A stretch of 64,000 nt of DNA, from contig CAVNZM010000006.1 in NCBI GenBank assembly GCA_963693365.1, forward strand, positions 7,977,264-8,041,263, given 5' to 3'. The DNA comes from Amoebidium appalachense (taxonomy: Eukaryota; Protista; Ichthyosporea). The notes beneath the pieces are model-generated. The model made no database searches and was not told the DNA's origin. It saw only the letters and a program-made list of their open reading frames with translations. Below, piece by piece: positions 32,149 to 47,146 of this stretch (position 1 is its first letter; each line of letters starts with the position of its first letter). The position numbers were made by a program, and so were the translations under genes.

Positions 32149-33548
32149 CTATTTCTTTTTCAGCACGGTCGTACACTGTTTCCAACCAGTCGAAGCCATA
32201 TCCACCAACATCGTAAATTTTCTTTGCGCGGCGAAATTACACGCGCATTCCTCCATAATCGGCACCGATCGATCGCCTGATCTACCTGTGCAATAGTTGA
32301 AATTTGTGTCTTGGGCGTGAAGTACAGCCTTTCCCTTGTTGATAAACTGCTGCTGGAACATGAAACAGTATGTGTTGCAGTTTTCGATTACGCTGAAGTC
32401 GAAGCAATCAGCGATTTTCGGGTAGAGAACTAGGAGTGAGGCCTGGTTTTTGAGCCCAACCTGCAGGCCGGCTGCACGCGTAGTTGTTCCGATCCACTCG
32501 ACGAATTTTCGCATCGGCTCCCTCAGCCTCACGTCGCGGACATTTCCGATGTTGTACTGTGGGTGGCAGTTATTGTATTCCCTGGGTGGTGAATTTGGAT
32601 AAGCAAGATGTTTTCGTAGACAAGAAAAAAAAGGGGGGGAAGGGGGGGGGACAGAAAAAAAAAAAAGATGCGGGGAAGGGGGGAGCGGGGAGGGGGGGGA
32701 TTGGGGGAGGGGTTCAAGCTTCGGCCACGTTCAAGTAGTATCTCGAGTCATACTCGGCAATAAAAATTCTCAGGGCACTCCCCCAATTCGGTAGTTAAAA
32801 TTCTCAGCCCCCCCCCCCCCCCCCCCTCCCTCCCCCCTCCCCTTCCCCCCCCCCCCCTCTTTCTCTTTCTCTCTCTCTCTCTCTCCCCCCCTCTCCCCCC
32901 CCCCCCCCCCCCCCCCCCCCCCTGCGCGTCTATCCCTCCCCACTCCACTCATTTTATCCACCTGCCTACACATTCCCACCCGCCACCAACAACACCTGTC
33001 CACTTGAATCTGATTCCTTTAAAAAAATTAAAATCAAATATATTGATGTTTAAATTAAATTACACTCACCAGCTATCCACGTTGTCCCACTCAATCGCGT
33101 CGCAGCCCAAATCCTTCGCCTGTTGAATTTTCCAATCGATAATCTCCTTTCCCGCCGCCGGGTTCACCGTAAAGTCGATCCACCACTTATTCCCTGGCCA
33201 CCCGTCTTTAATCGGATTCACGGTCGTAACAGGAACATTCGGGAACTTCCTTCTCTCGTAGTCGAAAATCTGCCCTCCGGAGGTATAGCAGATAACATAA
33301 CGTCCTTGGCTTGTGTACTTTTGCACGTCGCTCGGTCTCAATCCATTATACATGTTCAGCGTAATTGCGTATTGCCCTTCGTCACGGTTTCCGGGGGGGT
33401 TTCGTGAGGATCCCCATGCACGATTCAACCAGCTGGTGTTTACGGGAAGGGTTTTTTGTGACTTTGCGATTGGAGTTACAGCGCCGTATGCGATCGTGGA
33501 GAGGGTTGCGAGTGAACAGGCGAGGGAGATAAGGTACGGGGCGACCAT
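32149..33548 (-). CDS. Secreted glycoside hydrolase family 114 (endo-alpha-1,4-polygalactosaminidase, Ega3-like)
   Basis: Exons 33548-33070 and 32581-32149, joined by a phase-2 intron (TG|gtgagt...ccag|G). Signal peptide, then GRYVICYTSGG, GWPGNKWWID, AKDLGCDAIEWDNVD (catalytic Asp motif), GLQVGLKN, FDFSVIENC (catalytic Glu motif), GKAVL. Confidence 0.85.
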
Positions 33549-34157
33549 TTTTGTTTGCTAAGTATAGGAGAACGGACTAAAGAACGTTCTGTGGAAGGAG
33601 AAGCTGATTTTCAGGTTGATTTTCAAAATACTCAGTTTAGTTTAGGTGATTTTGTTATGCAGTAATTTTGATTTGTTTCGTTCAGTTTTTTGACTCAGTG
33701 TGAGTTTACTTTACGGAAAAAATGCAACTTTCGAAGCTGCATGCACCCGGTTCAAAAATCGGCTGTGAAAAGATATAACATAGTGCAAGAAAAGGCTCTT
33801 GAGTGTACCACTATAGATATATCCTCGGAGTGCAAGTTGTAAACAGTTTCACTTTTCAATTTTTGGTTAGTAGAGTAGCTTGTGGACCGTTGCAACTGTT
33901 GCTCTTAGTTTCTCCTTACACGGTCGGTGTGTGCACCAAACTGTAGGAGCAAAAATGTGATCTGTGTTCTTTTATAGCTGCGGGCCCCTGCCCGGGATAC
34001 AGCAGTGGCTCAGAGCACACATACTACAAAACAAATACTGAATGGTTACAGCCCGGGGTTGACCCATGCCTTCGATATGTGCTAAAGCCGATGGGTATCA
34101 CGTTTTTGTGACGAGCCACGGCCCTCGTACATTTAGGGTTTCCACAACATATTGCAA

Positions 34158-34205
<48 letters not shown>

Positions 34206-35859
34206 TTGCCATCCCCACCACCATATAAATTGTAACGTACGGAAGTATACAACGGCATGCATCAATACAGTTATCAACATAAAATATTTTATCCGCAGCT
34301 GTACAGTTATCACGGCACAATTCTGCAACATACATGAAAAACAAACTAAATCCTACTAGGGGTTTCGACCTCGCGAACGTATGCCGTGTGTACACGCTCG
34401 CCGACAATTACCATAGCCAAAATTTAAACTGTTGCCTGTGTATAAATGATATCAAGGGGGGAAACCACTTGCATATACCGCGACGACTGGTTTTGTGTTT
34501 TTTTTGCCAATACTAATAATAGCCACAGCTGTTCAGCCTAGGCCTGCAGGCTGGTAGATCTGGGATAGATCTGCGTGGGTGGGTGTCCCGGGGCGGGCGA
34601 GCAATGCATATATATGCTGGCCTGCCAGGGTTGTCGGTATGGCTCCCAACTTCCCAAGTCCGTTTGTGGAATGCTTTTCAGGGGACTCACGTAAACAGCT
34701 GTGAGACCATGCGGCCGGGTAAGCGGCCGTGTACAGCAGTGTTTGTGCGTTTGGGTGTTCGGCATTAAACCCACATTTAAAATTCGGGTCTGTCTGTACA
34801 CACGTGTACCAGTGGAATATTGATCTTTGCAGTTGTGCTCTCACGGCTGGTGTTTGGATTAAGCTTTTTTTTTTTCTTTTTTTTTTTTTGTTCGAATAAA
34901 TAAACACAAATAGTATGTGCAGGGTGTGTAGACACATAACAACATAACTACGGAACACGGCACACTAATTAGCCTACTTTCGCCCGAGCTATCCCAAAGT
35001 TTAGATGGCCCGCGGCCGGGTCCCTTGCAATTGCATCGTGTGCAAAGCCCATGTGATCTAGGCTGAGAATTTTTAAGACGAGAACGTTGATTAAATATTT
35101 CCCCGCATTTTTATAAGCTTGTAAATTTAATGTTTTCATTTTTTTCCCTTTTTTGTAGCCCATTTAGAATTTAGTCTTTGACTACAGGTGTATTGATCTG
35201 CATGTGTTTGCCCTGCCCGGGTGGATCTAAGGATCTAAAGTAGACCCTTTTGATTGGCTTGTTCCACAACCAATCAAAAGTGTTGTCTGTGTTGATTGGC
35301 TTCTGAAATCCTGGGAAATAGTTGCGCCAATCAACAAAACGATAAATGCGTGTTCGAGAACTTCGAGATCGTTGTCAGATCCCAGCCATCCCTGGCCCAT
35401 TTTTCTGCAGCTGAGCGAAGCACCTTCGCGCAGTTTTATTATGCCCTTGCGGGCCGGGACAGGTACACCACGCGTGCACATTTTTTAACGCCCACACATT
35501 GAATCGTACGCAGCTTGACAAATACTCCTCACTGCCTGTATTTTGTACTTGAGTTGGCACGGTCACATTTCACGTCCACTCGGACGCACACGCACGCACA
35601 TGACAACAATGCAAACCTATTAGTAATATTCTCCATTGAATAGTAACTAGCCGGTTACTCACCCAAATACGGCGGTGCTGAACAAAAAACAGGCCGGGGA
35701 AACAAAACAAAACAAAAGAAAAAAAGAAAAAGAAAAAAAAAAAAAAGGCACACACCCAGGGAGTTAAACACACGGGCGCACACACACACATGCACCACGC
35801 ACGCACGCACGCACGCACGCATGTGCGCGCGTGCGCGCGCACACACACCACACACACAC

Positions 35860-35998
<139 letters not shown>

Positions 35999-36063
35999 AC
36001 ACACAGACAAACACGAACACACAAACACACACAACACACACCCGCACACCTTCAAACCCGCAT

Positions 36064-36173
<110 letters not shown>

Positions 36174-36885
36174 GCGCACGCACACACACACACACAGACA
36201 CACACACACACACACACACACACCCGAGTCACTCATGCACGGCAACAACGCAGAATATTAATATTCCTGAAAAAATTATACAAAATCAGAAAAAGTATCA
36301 TAGTCTGTGTATCATCCAAATCGAAGGTCATGCTTGCTTTTTGATTTGAACCTTTCTATTTCAGGTCTTAATCAGTACCGCCGTCTAGTGGTGGGTACCA
36401 GCCCCATGGGAACTATATACCTACGCTCTAGGCTGAGCTTGTCAGACAGGCATGGCAGAACGAAAGGTCATGCTTGCATGCACGGCGTTGTGACACACAT
36501 ACAGAGCTGTGCTACTGAAGCTTTTTTATTATTATTATATCCCGTTTCATTCCCAGCGAGGCACTGCCTCAGGGGAGCCTACCGTCTTCCGACCAGACAC
36601 CGATCGAACTGTAGAGCACACTTACAAGTCAGGATTCTAATTGACCACAACTGGCACTATTTTTAGTTACGCCTTATCCCACGGTTTTTAGCTGCAGCAA
36701 CGCTAGTGGGAATGCGCTACTGAAGCTAACACTTTAATGTGAACCCACAAACTCTCACCCCGGCATGTACTTACAGCCGGTGAACGCACGGGGAAAAATC
36801 TATTCTGACACGGTGACCGACTTTCGCAAATTCCGCACACCATTATACTTCCGAAAAAATAGTACTAGTTACACAAACTACTGAT

Positions 36886-37032
<147 letters not shown>

Positions 37033-38016
37033 GGGGGCACACACACGCGTGGACGCACACACACACACACATAAACACACACGTGCGTGCGCACATGCAC
37101 GACCAGGAACACACAAGTTTGCAAGCACCGGCACACACACTCACTCGGTCGCCCGCCTGCACGCACTCACGCACGCAAGCACACATGTATACGCGCACGG
37201 GCACACACACAGATGTACACACACGTGCATGCATGCAGCACTGTGATACACAAACCCTTGCACATGCACAAACCCCTTCCTCCCCCATTTTCCTTCCACC
37301 CAATAAGGGCATCCCCGTCCACCCATGCACATTCGCATCCCCTCCCCCCCTCCCCCCTCCCCCCCCCCTCCCCCCCTTCAGACTCACACCACCACCACAC
37401 CGTCATTACAACTACCACCTCCACCATTTGTTTTCTGCTTCAGAGCCTGGAGTCAAATGTTGCCGATGCAGAACTTTGCATGGTATTCTATTGGAATATT
37501 CAAACCGATATCCGTGACATTCGAGTCATTGAAAAAATGTGGCAATGTTCCGGGCAACAAAATTTACCACATATACGTCTACTTTAATACAATAGTCTCA
37601 GTATCATCTGACGTGTTAAAGGTGATACAAGGGAGGAAAAGGGTGGGGCCGGTTGGGGGGGGGGGGGGGGGGGAGGGGAGGGAGGGGGAGGGGAGGGGAA
37701 GGGGTGGGAAGAGGGAGGGGGGAAGGGAGAAGGGGGGAGGGGTGAAGGATGAGTGGTGAACGGGGGGAGGGGGGGGGGGGGGGGGGGGGGGAGGGGGGGG
37801 GGGGTGAACTGGGAGGGGGGAGGGGGGAGGGGGGTACTGGGCAGAAAGAAGGCATCACGGGAAGTTGCACTATAGAAAACTTTGATCGTGAGAAAACAAC
37901 ACAACGTTTAGGGTATAGATGTTCGCACTGCGCCAAAGGGTGACAACAAGTGGATGTGGATGTAGGGTTCAATAACAGGCATGTAGACCCTGCAGTCTGC
38001 AGTGTGCGTGTGTGTC

Positions 38017-38129
<113 letters not shown>

Positions 38130-38439
38130 GCGCCGGTGTGTTTGTGTGTGTGTGTGGGTGTGTGCCGGTGTGTCCCGGTGTGTATGAGTGCTATGCCTGT
38201 GTGTATGTGTGTGTGCGTGTGTGTGCATGGGTGCGTGCGTGCGTGCGTGCGTGTTATGCGTGCGTGCGGGCGGGCGGGCAGGCGGGCGTGTAATGTGTAT
38301 GTGCGTGCGTGCGTGCGTGCGTGTGCGTCTGTGCGTGCGTGTGTGCATGCGCGCATGCATGCGTGCGTGCATGTGATGTGTGTGTTGCATGTGTGTGTGT
38401 TGGGGGGGGGGGGGGGGGGGGGGGGTAGTGGTAAGGTTT

Positions 38440-38470
<31 letters not shown>

Positions 38471-39331
38471 GTGCCAAGGCTTGTGGTTTTAAGGGCAGAA
38501 AATGGAACAAATTTGCACGGTAGAGGCTAGGGCCCCGCGGCGGGGGGCGGGGGAGGGGGGGACGGGGAGGGGAGGGGGGAGGGGGGGGGGGGGGAGGGTC
38601 AGACTGTAAGGAGTGTAATTATTGGTTGACCGTGGCTGTGTGGGAGTATCAGCGGTTCAGATTTGTTTTTGTGTTCAACAATTTGTTTACAACCTGGTCT
38701 CCCCCAACCCCTGCGAACTTCCTGCTATCGTATTCGCTATCCACTTCAATATTACCTACTTATATCTACCCCCCTCCCTCCCCCCCCCCCCCCCCTCCCC
38801 CCCGAAAAAAAAAAAAAAAAAAAAAAACCTAGCCCGGAGTATTACTTGACTGGCAACTTGCAGGCCCCCCCCCCCCAAACCTCCCCCCCTCCCCCCTCTC
38901 CTCCTCAGTCCCCCCTCCCCCCTCACCCCCACAAACACGCCCCACCCCTCACGCCCCCACCCATGCACACACAGGGATACACTCGGAAGATAAGTTATGG
39001 TTCCTGAATTATATTGCAGAATTGATGATGAATTATTCAGGTATAATTTGTGAACCCCTTGGGATATTCCAGCCAGTGGAAGAATTTCAAATTATTCCAC
39101 CATAGGTAGTCACTGAAATTGCTGAGGAAACTTTTCATGTGTTCTCATTTTTGTATTTTTTTGGGGGTGTTTCCGCTATCAAACCTCTCTTGAGGCAGGA
39201 ATTGATCGCGTACCAAAAGCCGTTATCGGTCACCTAGATTAAACCCTCCCCCCTCCCCCAGGCCGGCCTTCTCCCTCCCTCCCCTCCCCCCCCCCCCCCC
39301 CCCCCTTCCCCCCCCTCCTTCCCCCCCCCCT

Positions 39332-39365
<34 letters not shown>

Positions 39366-41292
39366 TCCCCCCCCTCTCCAAAAAAGACGCGCGCACGTGA
39401 GGCACACACTCACCTACACACACACGGAGTACACACCGCTGTCGCTATATAATAGTGCACGGCTTTCTATTATTGATAATATTGGCTCAACTTGTCATTA
39501 TACATACACATGCACGTGTTTATGTCACCTAGGGCACGCACATGTATGTATGTTTTTATGCCGGGGCTTGGGTGAAACACTGCTGGGTACCTCCTTTCGG
39601 TGACTTTAGACCAATAGCTGTGCTTGTATCTTGTTGGCCGCATATCTTTCTCGCTTTCAAATATTCAAGTTGGTATGCAAAAAATAGTTCTCAGACAACC
39701 GGCCTATCATAAAAATATAATTTGATTATACCTAATGTACACATTGCTCTGGTGCGTACCTTTATTAGGGAAGTGTAGCTAGATTTGGCCTGCTCACGGG
39801 AGCATTCTCCCCAGATACCCTAGGTTCCTTTCGCAGTCATGTAGAATACTGTATCTCTCCCATGCACAGAATATTCCTCACTTGGAGGGGTTCCATTAAT
39901 AACAGACTTTGTGCATAATTCCGCCTAGGATAGTAGTTCTCTCTTTTTCCTTCCTGCATGGGCGTCCACCAATTGCAAAGTGACACGGTGGTTGTGCAAA
40001 TATATCCTGTAATGCTGAGGCATATATAGCCACGAAGGGACATGAGGCAGAGTGCCTGGTGTAGCGGTGCTGGAAAACGCAGTACATAAGCCATGCATGC
40101 ACACGAGGGGTGTGTTCAGGGGCAGTGGGAATTCCTTTTACCATTTAGTACGCCGTGTAAACCATTACATGTAAGAACCCCCAGCTCCCCTCCCCCGCTC
40201 CCCCCCCCCTCCCCTCCCCCCAACCCCATGGTGGCACACACACACACCCGACCCCCACCCCCATCCCCCACCCCCCGGGCCTCCTGGTTTGCACGGTATT
40301 TATGTATTTTGGGAAACGGTGGGAGCCCTACCCTCGTGTGCATTAGTAGCTTACTGCATTTCCCAGCACGGCCACACACTAGAACAAAACTCCAAGAGGG
40401 AGGGAGGGAGGGAGGGGGCCTCGGGAGGGGCCGGAGGGGATGGGGGGCGCGGTGGGAGGATCTGTATTTCAAGCCCCGATTCAAGTAATTTGTGTTGAAT
40501 CAGATGATGCCTAATGCGGAGTAAAAGCGACTAATACCATTCGCTGTAAGTTGATGTGGGATTCTGTTAGCCAATGAAATATCTCTATTACCATACAAAG
40601 GTATCAGTGCTATAGGGGATTACATGATGGACCGGCAACTAGGATCTATGATATTGTAATTGTATGTCAATGAAAGTCGCTCACTCAAAGGGGGGTTGGT
40701 TTCTACTTACAGCTGTGCCTGCCTATGTATCATATGTATTAGGCAAACTTTTGTACAAAATATACGTGTCAATTTATGTAATTGGGGAAAACTATGCAAT
40801 TTTTTGACTTCATGCTTTTGTAAATGACCCCGCTGGTGATGCCATTTGAATAGAGTAAAGATTTTAAATCTTAATGGGATATGGCTATGAAAGCTAGGGA
40901 CCAATGGTGTAATGCATTTATAATCGAGATATCACCGCAGCTTATTTTTTAACCCCGCTGATGGCATTTGACGAGACAGTCGACCGGGCACAGCGGAACC
41001 GTTGAACACAAAAACACAAGAAAGTAGAAGGAAAGGTGCTACTTGTTTGTTTTTTTGTTTTTTTCATGAATGCTAAGTTAGCAGGAAGTTTAACCGGTTA
41101 GCAGCTTCTTTATCCTTAGTTCGGACTGTATGATTTTGCACACATTTTTCCTGATCTTTCGCTCCTCGATTCTCCATCTTTTTTCGCCTAATCATCCTCC
41201 TTCTCTGGAAGTTTTCTCCTAAACCATTCATAGTATTTCAACCATCAGCAACTCTCATATATACCAACTAGTAATATTTCGTTTTCTAGAAA

Positions 41293-42805
41293 ATGGGGTC
41301 ACGTGTGCCCTCTTCTGACATGACCCTATTTCAGGAGTTAGCGGAGCAAGCCAGCTCTATACAACAGGCCATTACAGGTCTAGATGTAGCGAAGATTCAG
41401 GAAAGAGCTACGGTTTTAGAACAACAGCTCAAAGATGCTGCTCGCAAGAAGGAAGTTGCGACACAGACAAGCGAGACACAGAGCACAGTCGAGTGGATTA
41501 GAAGCTTTTGGGTTGGGTCAAGCAGTGAAAGCACAAGCCAACCAAGTGTCGTTAACGAGGAGAAGGCCAGGGAGGAGTTGGAAGATTTAAACAGAGAGCT
41601 GGAATACGCACGTAGGTGGCAGGAACAGCTAGCAGAGGTAGACGAGAGAGAGGCGAAACTTCTGGAAAAGGTGTTCAAGAGATCCGATGGCCCAGGTGAT
41701 GGCCTGGAAAGATCCTTGGGAATGGATGTGGCGAGAACGACGCGTGACCTGCGCGACGCGAAACGGGCGGTGGAGTCGTACACAACATGCCTCTCACATC
41801 TTTCCGAGGTGCTAAACACGGGAAACATGGTTTTTTCGGCGCTTAATGACGAAAGGGGCCTAGCGTACCACCACGAAACGTTGAGAGGTATAACGGCGCT
41901 CGCGAAACAGCAGTTAAGTATACGGCAACAGAGAGGGAACTATTCCCCGTATGGAAGCGTTAGGTGTACATGTGGCATTGATTCACTTCTTGCACGAGCG
42001 GTGGTGGCTCTAGAGGGGTTGTGTGCGGAAAGTGACCCAACGAACACACACGCGTCGGAGGCCGAAATTACGGGCGGAACGGGGAGGGGATGAAGGAGGG
42101 GAGGATGGGGGAAATAGCGAGGCGAGGTTGATGGAGTTAAGGGGAAGAATTGAGGATGTCCATGAGGAAGCGAGGCAAAAACACACGGGTATACAGGACC
42201 ATTTGTGTGCCCATCTCATCCCCGCGATTAAGGGAGCGGAGGCACTTTTCGCTGAAAACAAGCGTAGGTTGCTTGAGCACAGGCGCATGTTGATGAACGT
42301 CGCGCTACGAAACGATGGCTGGTGCTTAGATGTTGCGAGCACGTTCGCCACGGCGCATCTTCGTAGAGATAGGTCCGGTTCATTCGAGGCTTCATCTCTT
42401 GGTGTTTCCCCTACGTATTCTTCTGTTCCCGCCCCAGGGTCCATTACGGCCATCGGCGCGCAAATTCTCGCAGCAAGACAAAGCGGTTTGCAGCCGACTC
42501 CCATCAGTCGCCAAGGATCCATTACTGGGATGGGCGCTCGATTGCTTGGCGGGGATGCAAGAACATCAGTTTCTCGATCCCTTTCGGGCACCGGGTTGAG
42601 CGAGATGGTTAGGAATTCTTCGTTCGGGAGCTTGCAGGGGATAGAGCCATTCGGTGGTAGGAGGGCATCGGGGCACCCGGGATCGGGTCATGTTTCGTAC
42701 CCTACGCCACCAATCACCCCGCCTACTACACAGGATCAGCTTATGGATGTGCTTTCGCGGTTGAGTGTGGGTAGTGAGAAGGAGGGGCTGACCTTTAAAA
42801 AGTAG
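41293..42805 (+). CDS. Intronless hypothetical coiled-coil protein, split by a +1 frameshift near 42081-42093
   Basis: Two overlapping ORFs (41293-42093 and 42023-42805) in unique sequence with continuous helical/coiled-coil composition. Removing one G from GGGGAGGGGATGA fuses them into about 500 aa. No family recognised. Confidence 0.7.
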
Positions 42806-43085
42806 TAGGTGTACAATTGGTGATGGGTTGCTGATTGTGTTTTGTTGTTCCTTGTTGGGGCAGGAGGGAGGGAGGCGGGGGGGGGGGGGGGGGGGGGGGG
42901 TAAGGGAGGGGGGTAACTCACGGGGATGGGGCTGTGTTGTTATCGAAATTGAATGTACATTCGGAGCTGGATGTGGAGAAGCTGAGAAAAATGGAATGGA
43001 GGGTTCTGTTTGATAGGGGAGAAATGCAATGATGGGGAGATGAGGGGGAAGTCGAAGGGAGAGGTTTGTTTGGGCGGGTGTATGT

Positions 43086-43116
<31 letters not shown>

Positions 43117-43662
43117 GGGGGGGGGGAGGGGGGGGGGGGGGGGGGGGGGGCCGGGGGGGGGGGGGGTTCGGAGAGGGGGGTCTAAGGGCATATCAGATGT
43201 TTCGGATAAAGTTGATTACATGTACATAGATTTAGCTTAGCTGTATGTCTTGATAACTTATAATAGACGTATTCAGACCTTGTTACGCTTGTGTGTCTGT
43301 ATGAGCTCGAATCACCGTTATTATACGAGAATGATACATGTGGTACATATATGATGTGTAGTCCACTTTTGGGTACGAATGAAGTTGATAAGTATGTCCT
43401 CTCGCCTGAAGGCGGACTCCTCGCCTGAAGGCGGACTCCGGCGGAGAGTGACATGTTACAGTACATTACTAGTTCGAATAAGTATGAATACATCAGTGCA
43501 ACACCGCAATAATCTAATTTTAAATTTACTTTGAAGTTTGTGAGCTCGCGCAGATGTTCTAAACAATATGCTTATGTGCATCGTGTGGGCGTGCACGTGA
43601 CTTGATATAAGTTTAGACAGTCACACCTACGAAAGACAAATAATTAAATTTTGCGTTCATCA

Positions 43663-43702
<40 letters not shown>

Positions 43703-44126
43703 ACACACACACACTCTCTCTCTCTCTCTCTCTCTCCCCCCCCTCCCTCCTCCCCCCCCTCCCTCCCCCCCGCCCCTGGTGCTGCTTGGCAAGCACCGCC
43801 GCGTACACTTGTCCATCGCCACCGGAATTGTGCCCTTTTCTCGAAACTCCTTAATTTAAATCAGTGATTTTAAAAACCATGATTACTTTACTTATTTATT
43901 TTCTGGTCCTTTTCTTAAAATATTTTTCCACGTTAGTGGTAGACTCCAGGGAATGTTTAACTTTACAGCTAGATGGACGCATCGAGTATATCCACCCAGA
44001 AAAAAAAAAAAAAGGTTGGGAGGGGGGGGGAAAAGGGGGAGGGAAGAGGTCGATATATAGATTGCATTATTATTCTTTATGCCACGCGAGCGCGGGCGCA
44101 CGCTTGTGTGCATGCGCATACAATGT

Positions 44127-44173
<47 letters not shown>

Positions 44174-44675
44174 GTGCGTGTGTGCGTGTGTGTGTGTGTG
44201 TGCATGTGCGTGGGCCACGTGTGTGTGTGTGTGTGTGTGTGGTGGTGGTGGTGGTGGTGGTGGTGGGGGGGGGGGGGGGGGGGAGATGGGAGGGAGGGAA
44301 AGGACCCCGGGGGTTATTTTGTGTGTGGGAGGGGAGTCTCGGTACGGTGCTCGTTGGCAACCGAAGTCATGCAATTGGTATCACCCTTGCATCGATACCA
44401 AAGAACTATAGTTACGCGAGGCAACTCACAAGCAGATTCATTTGTGCGCGCATGCGTGTGCATGCCACAACTTAGTTTTGTGTCACCACTCAGTCTATTT
44501 GTGTACAATGGTGCATGCGCAAACGGGCGTCTCTGTACGCTTGTGTGGTTGTTTGTGTTGGTGTGTGGGTGGGTGGGTGGGTGTACACGGGTGTGTTTGT
44601 GGGTGTGTGTGTGGTGGTGGTGCTGCTGGTGGTGGTCGTCGTGGTGGTTTTGGCGGTGGTGGTGGCGGGGGGCTA

Positions 44676-44717
<42 letters not shown>

Positions 44718-45235
44718 TAATACATTAAAAAAAACACATTCACGATGGTCAACACCAATATAACTTGGGTTTTTTGCCCAAATACCACGCCTCTTCATGC
44801 TGACGCAGCAGCTGCAGATACGCACGTGCACACACAAGCTCGTCAGTGATATCATACTGGGATATATTTGCGTACACGCGCACCTGCGCTGTCCTTTCTT
44901 CAAACTGCTAGACTTGGATATAGGTAACAATAGATATACACGGTTTCGTTGGGATAGATCCAGATCGATGTTTAAATCAACCCAACTGCATATTACATCT
45001 AAATCTCAACAAACAGATATAACGTCTCAGCACACATCTAAACTTTTGGAACCAAACAAAACGCGCGCAAGCTTTTAAAGGGAAAGGAAAAAAAAGAAAA
45101 AAAAAGAAAAAAAAAGGTCTCCTGAGCAGCAACTATTTGAAATAGAAATCGTTACCATTGTTAACCGATAATCGAAAATCGGGCTGTATATCACAAATAC
45201 TTTGTATCGCGTCCAAGCCATCGACCAGGCAATAA

Positions 45236-45285
<50 letters not shown>

Positions 45286-46057
45286 AAAAAAAAAAAAAAA
45301 AAGCCGAACAGCGTCCTACATTATTAATGGGAGCAATGATTCATTCGCATACTATCAGAAACATAACCTATCAAACCGACCCCCCCCAGAAAAAAGAGGA
45401 CGTGCACCCACCTATCTCCCCCCTACAAAAAAGACAACCAGTCAAAACGGGAAAAAAGGGGGGGGGGGGGGGGGGGGGGGAAAGGGGAAGGGGAAGGAAA
45501 AAGAAAAAAAAAAGGGGGGGGGGGGGGAAAGGAGGTGGAGAGGTACAAGACAGGAAAACAACGGCCACTCGGTTCGATCCGACACGCGCTTTTTGGCGCA
45601 CCGAACCAAACAGGGAAATGGAAGACAGAGTTTCCTACACGCACACCACATTTACGCCTATTCATATAGACGTACGCTTCATATCTCCCCTAGCAGCAAA
45701 AACACAGATTATTACCTAACCCGGTGATACTAAACTTATCCCCCAATCATAACACACGCTTAAATCACCGCGTCAGGAAAAAAAAAAGGAGCAAGGGGTG
45801 GCGAAATGAAGAAAGACGGGCGCCTGCGGCAAAAGGAAGACACTCGAAGACGATCGAAAACGATCTAAGACGATCGAATGTAATAGGTGATCAATTATTG
45901 TCCATTTTCTCGACCGCACCGCACCGTTCATTCTGTATACAGATGAATATGTTTTGATCAGTCGACGATCCCCACCTTCACACCGACACGCACACGCACG
46001 CACGCAAACACAACAAAAACGTTTAGGCAGGCATACGGTAGCTGGGTGACCGAAGAA

Positions 46058-46095
<38 letters not shown>

Positions 46096-46175
46096 TTCCC
46101 CCCCCGCCCCCGAGCTCTCTCTCTCCTTCCCTTCTCATCGATCGAATTTCTATGGGCCAAGCAAAAGATGCATAT

Positions 46176-46210
<35 letters not shown>

Positions 46211-46304
46211 CACACACTTTTTTGTATAAGTTACCCCAAGAACTTCCCGTGTCATCAAACAGCATACTTTTTTCATCCCCCCCCCCCCCGGAGAGAAAAA
46301 AAAG

Positions 46305-46356
<52 letters not shown>

Positions 46357-46822
46357 AATAAAAACCAAAAAACAAACAAGCACCACCATAGCAGACAAAC
46401 GAGCAGCAAGGGAGTTTTTGGGGTGGAGGTTTGTTTGTCGTGACAGAGTATTAAATACACATCGTGAGGAAAGTGAGTGTGTGCGTGGGTGGTTGGGTGG
46501 GGGAGGGGGGGGAGGGGGAGGGGGAGAGGGGGAGAGGGGGAGAGGAGGAGAAAAGGAGAGGAGGAGAGGGGGAGAGGGGGAGAGGGAGAGAGCGAGGGAG
46601 GGAGGGAGGGAGGGAGGGAGGGAGGGAGGGAGGGAGGGAGGGAGGGAGGGAGGGGGAGGGTGGGAGGGAGAGAGAGAGGGAGTGGGAGGGAGGGAGGGAG
46701 GGAGGGAGGGGGGGGGGGGAGGGAGAGAGAGAAAGAGAGAACGAGAGGAGAGAGGAGAGAGGAAGGAGGGGGAGGGCAGGGGAGACTAGAAGAGAAAGAG
46801 AGGATGGATGGGATGGTGTTTG

Positions 46823-46897
<75 letters not shown>

Positions 46898-47057
46898 CGT
46901 GTGTGTGTGTGTGTGTGCGCGCGCGCGTGTGTGTGTGTGAGTGAGTGAGTGAGTGTGTGTGTGTGTGTGTGTGTGTGTTTTTGGGGGGGGGGGGGGGGAG
47001 GGGTTGCAGGGAGGACGAGGAAAGGATGTAGGGAGGGAACCTGAGGAATACATCAAA

Positions 47058-47146
<89 letters not shown>

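Noticed and set aside
34533-35066. 9-bp inverted repeat TCAGCCTAG...CTAGGCTGA as MITE ends
   Set aside because: Short, no target-site duplication, and no second copy in the window.
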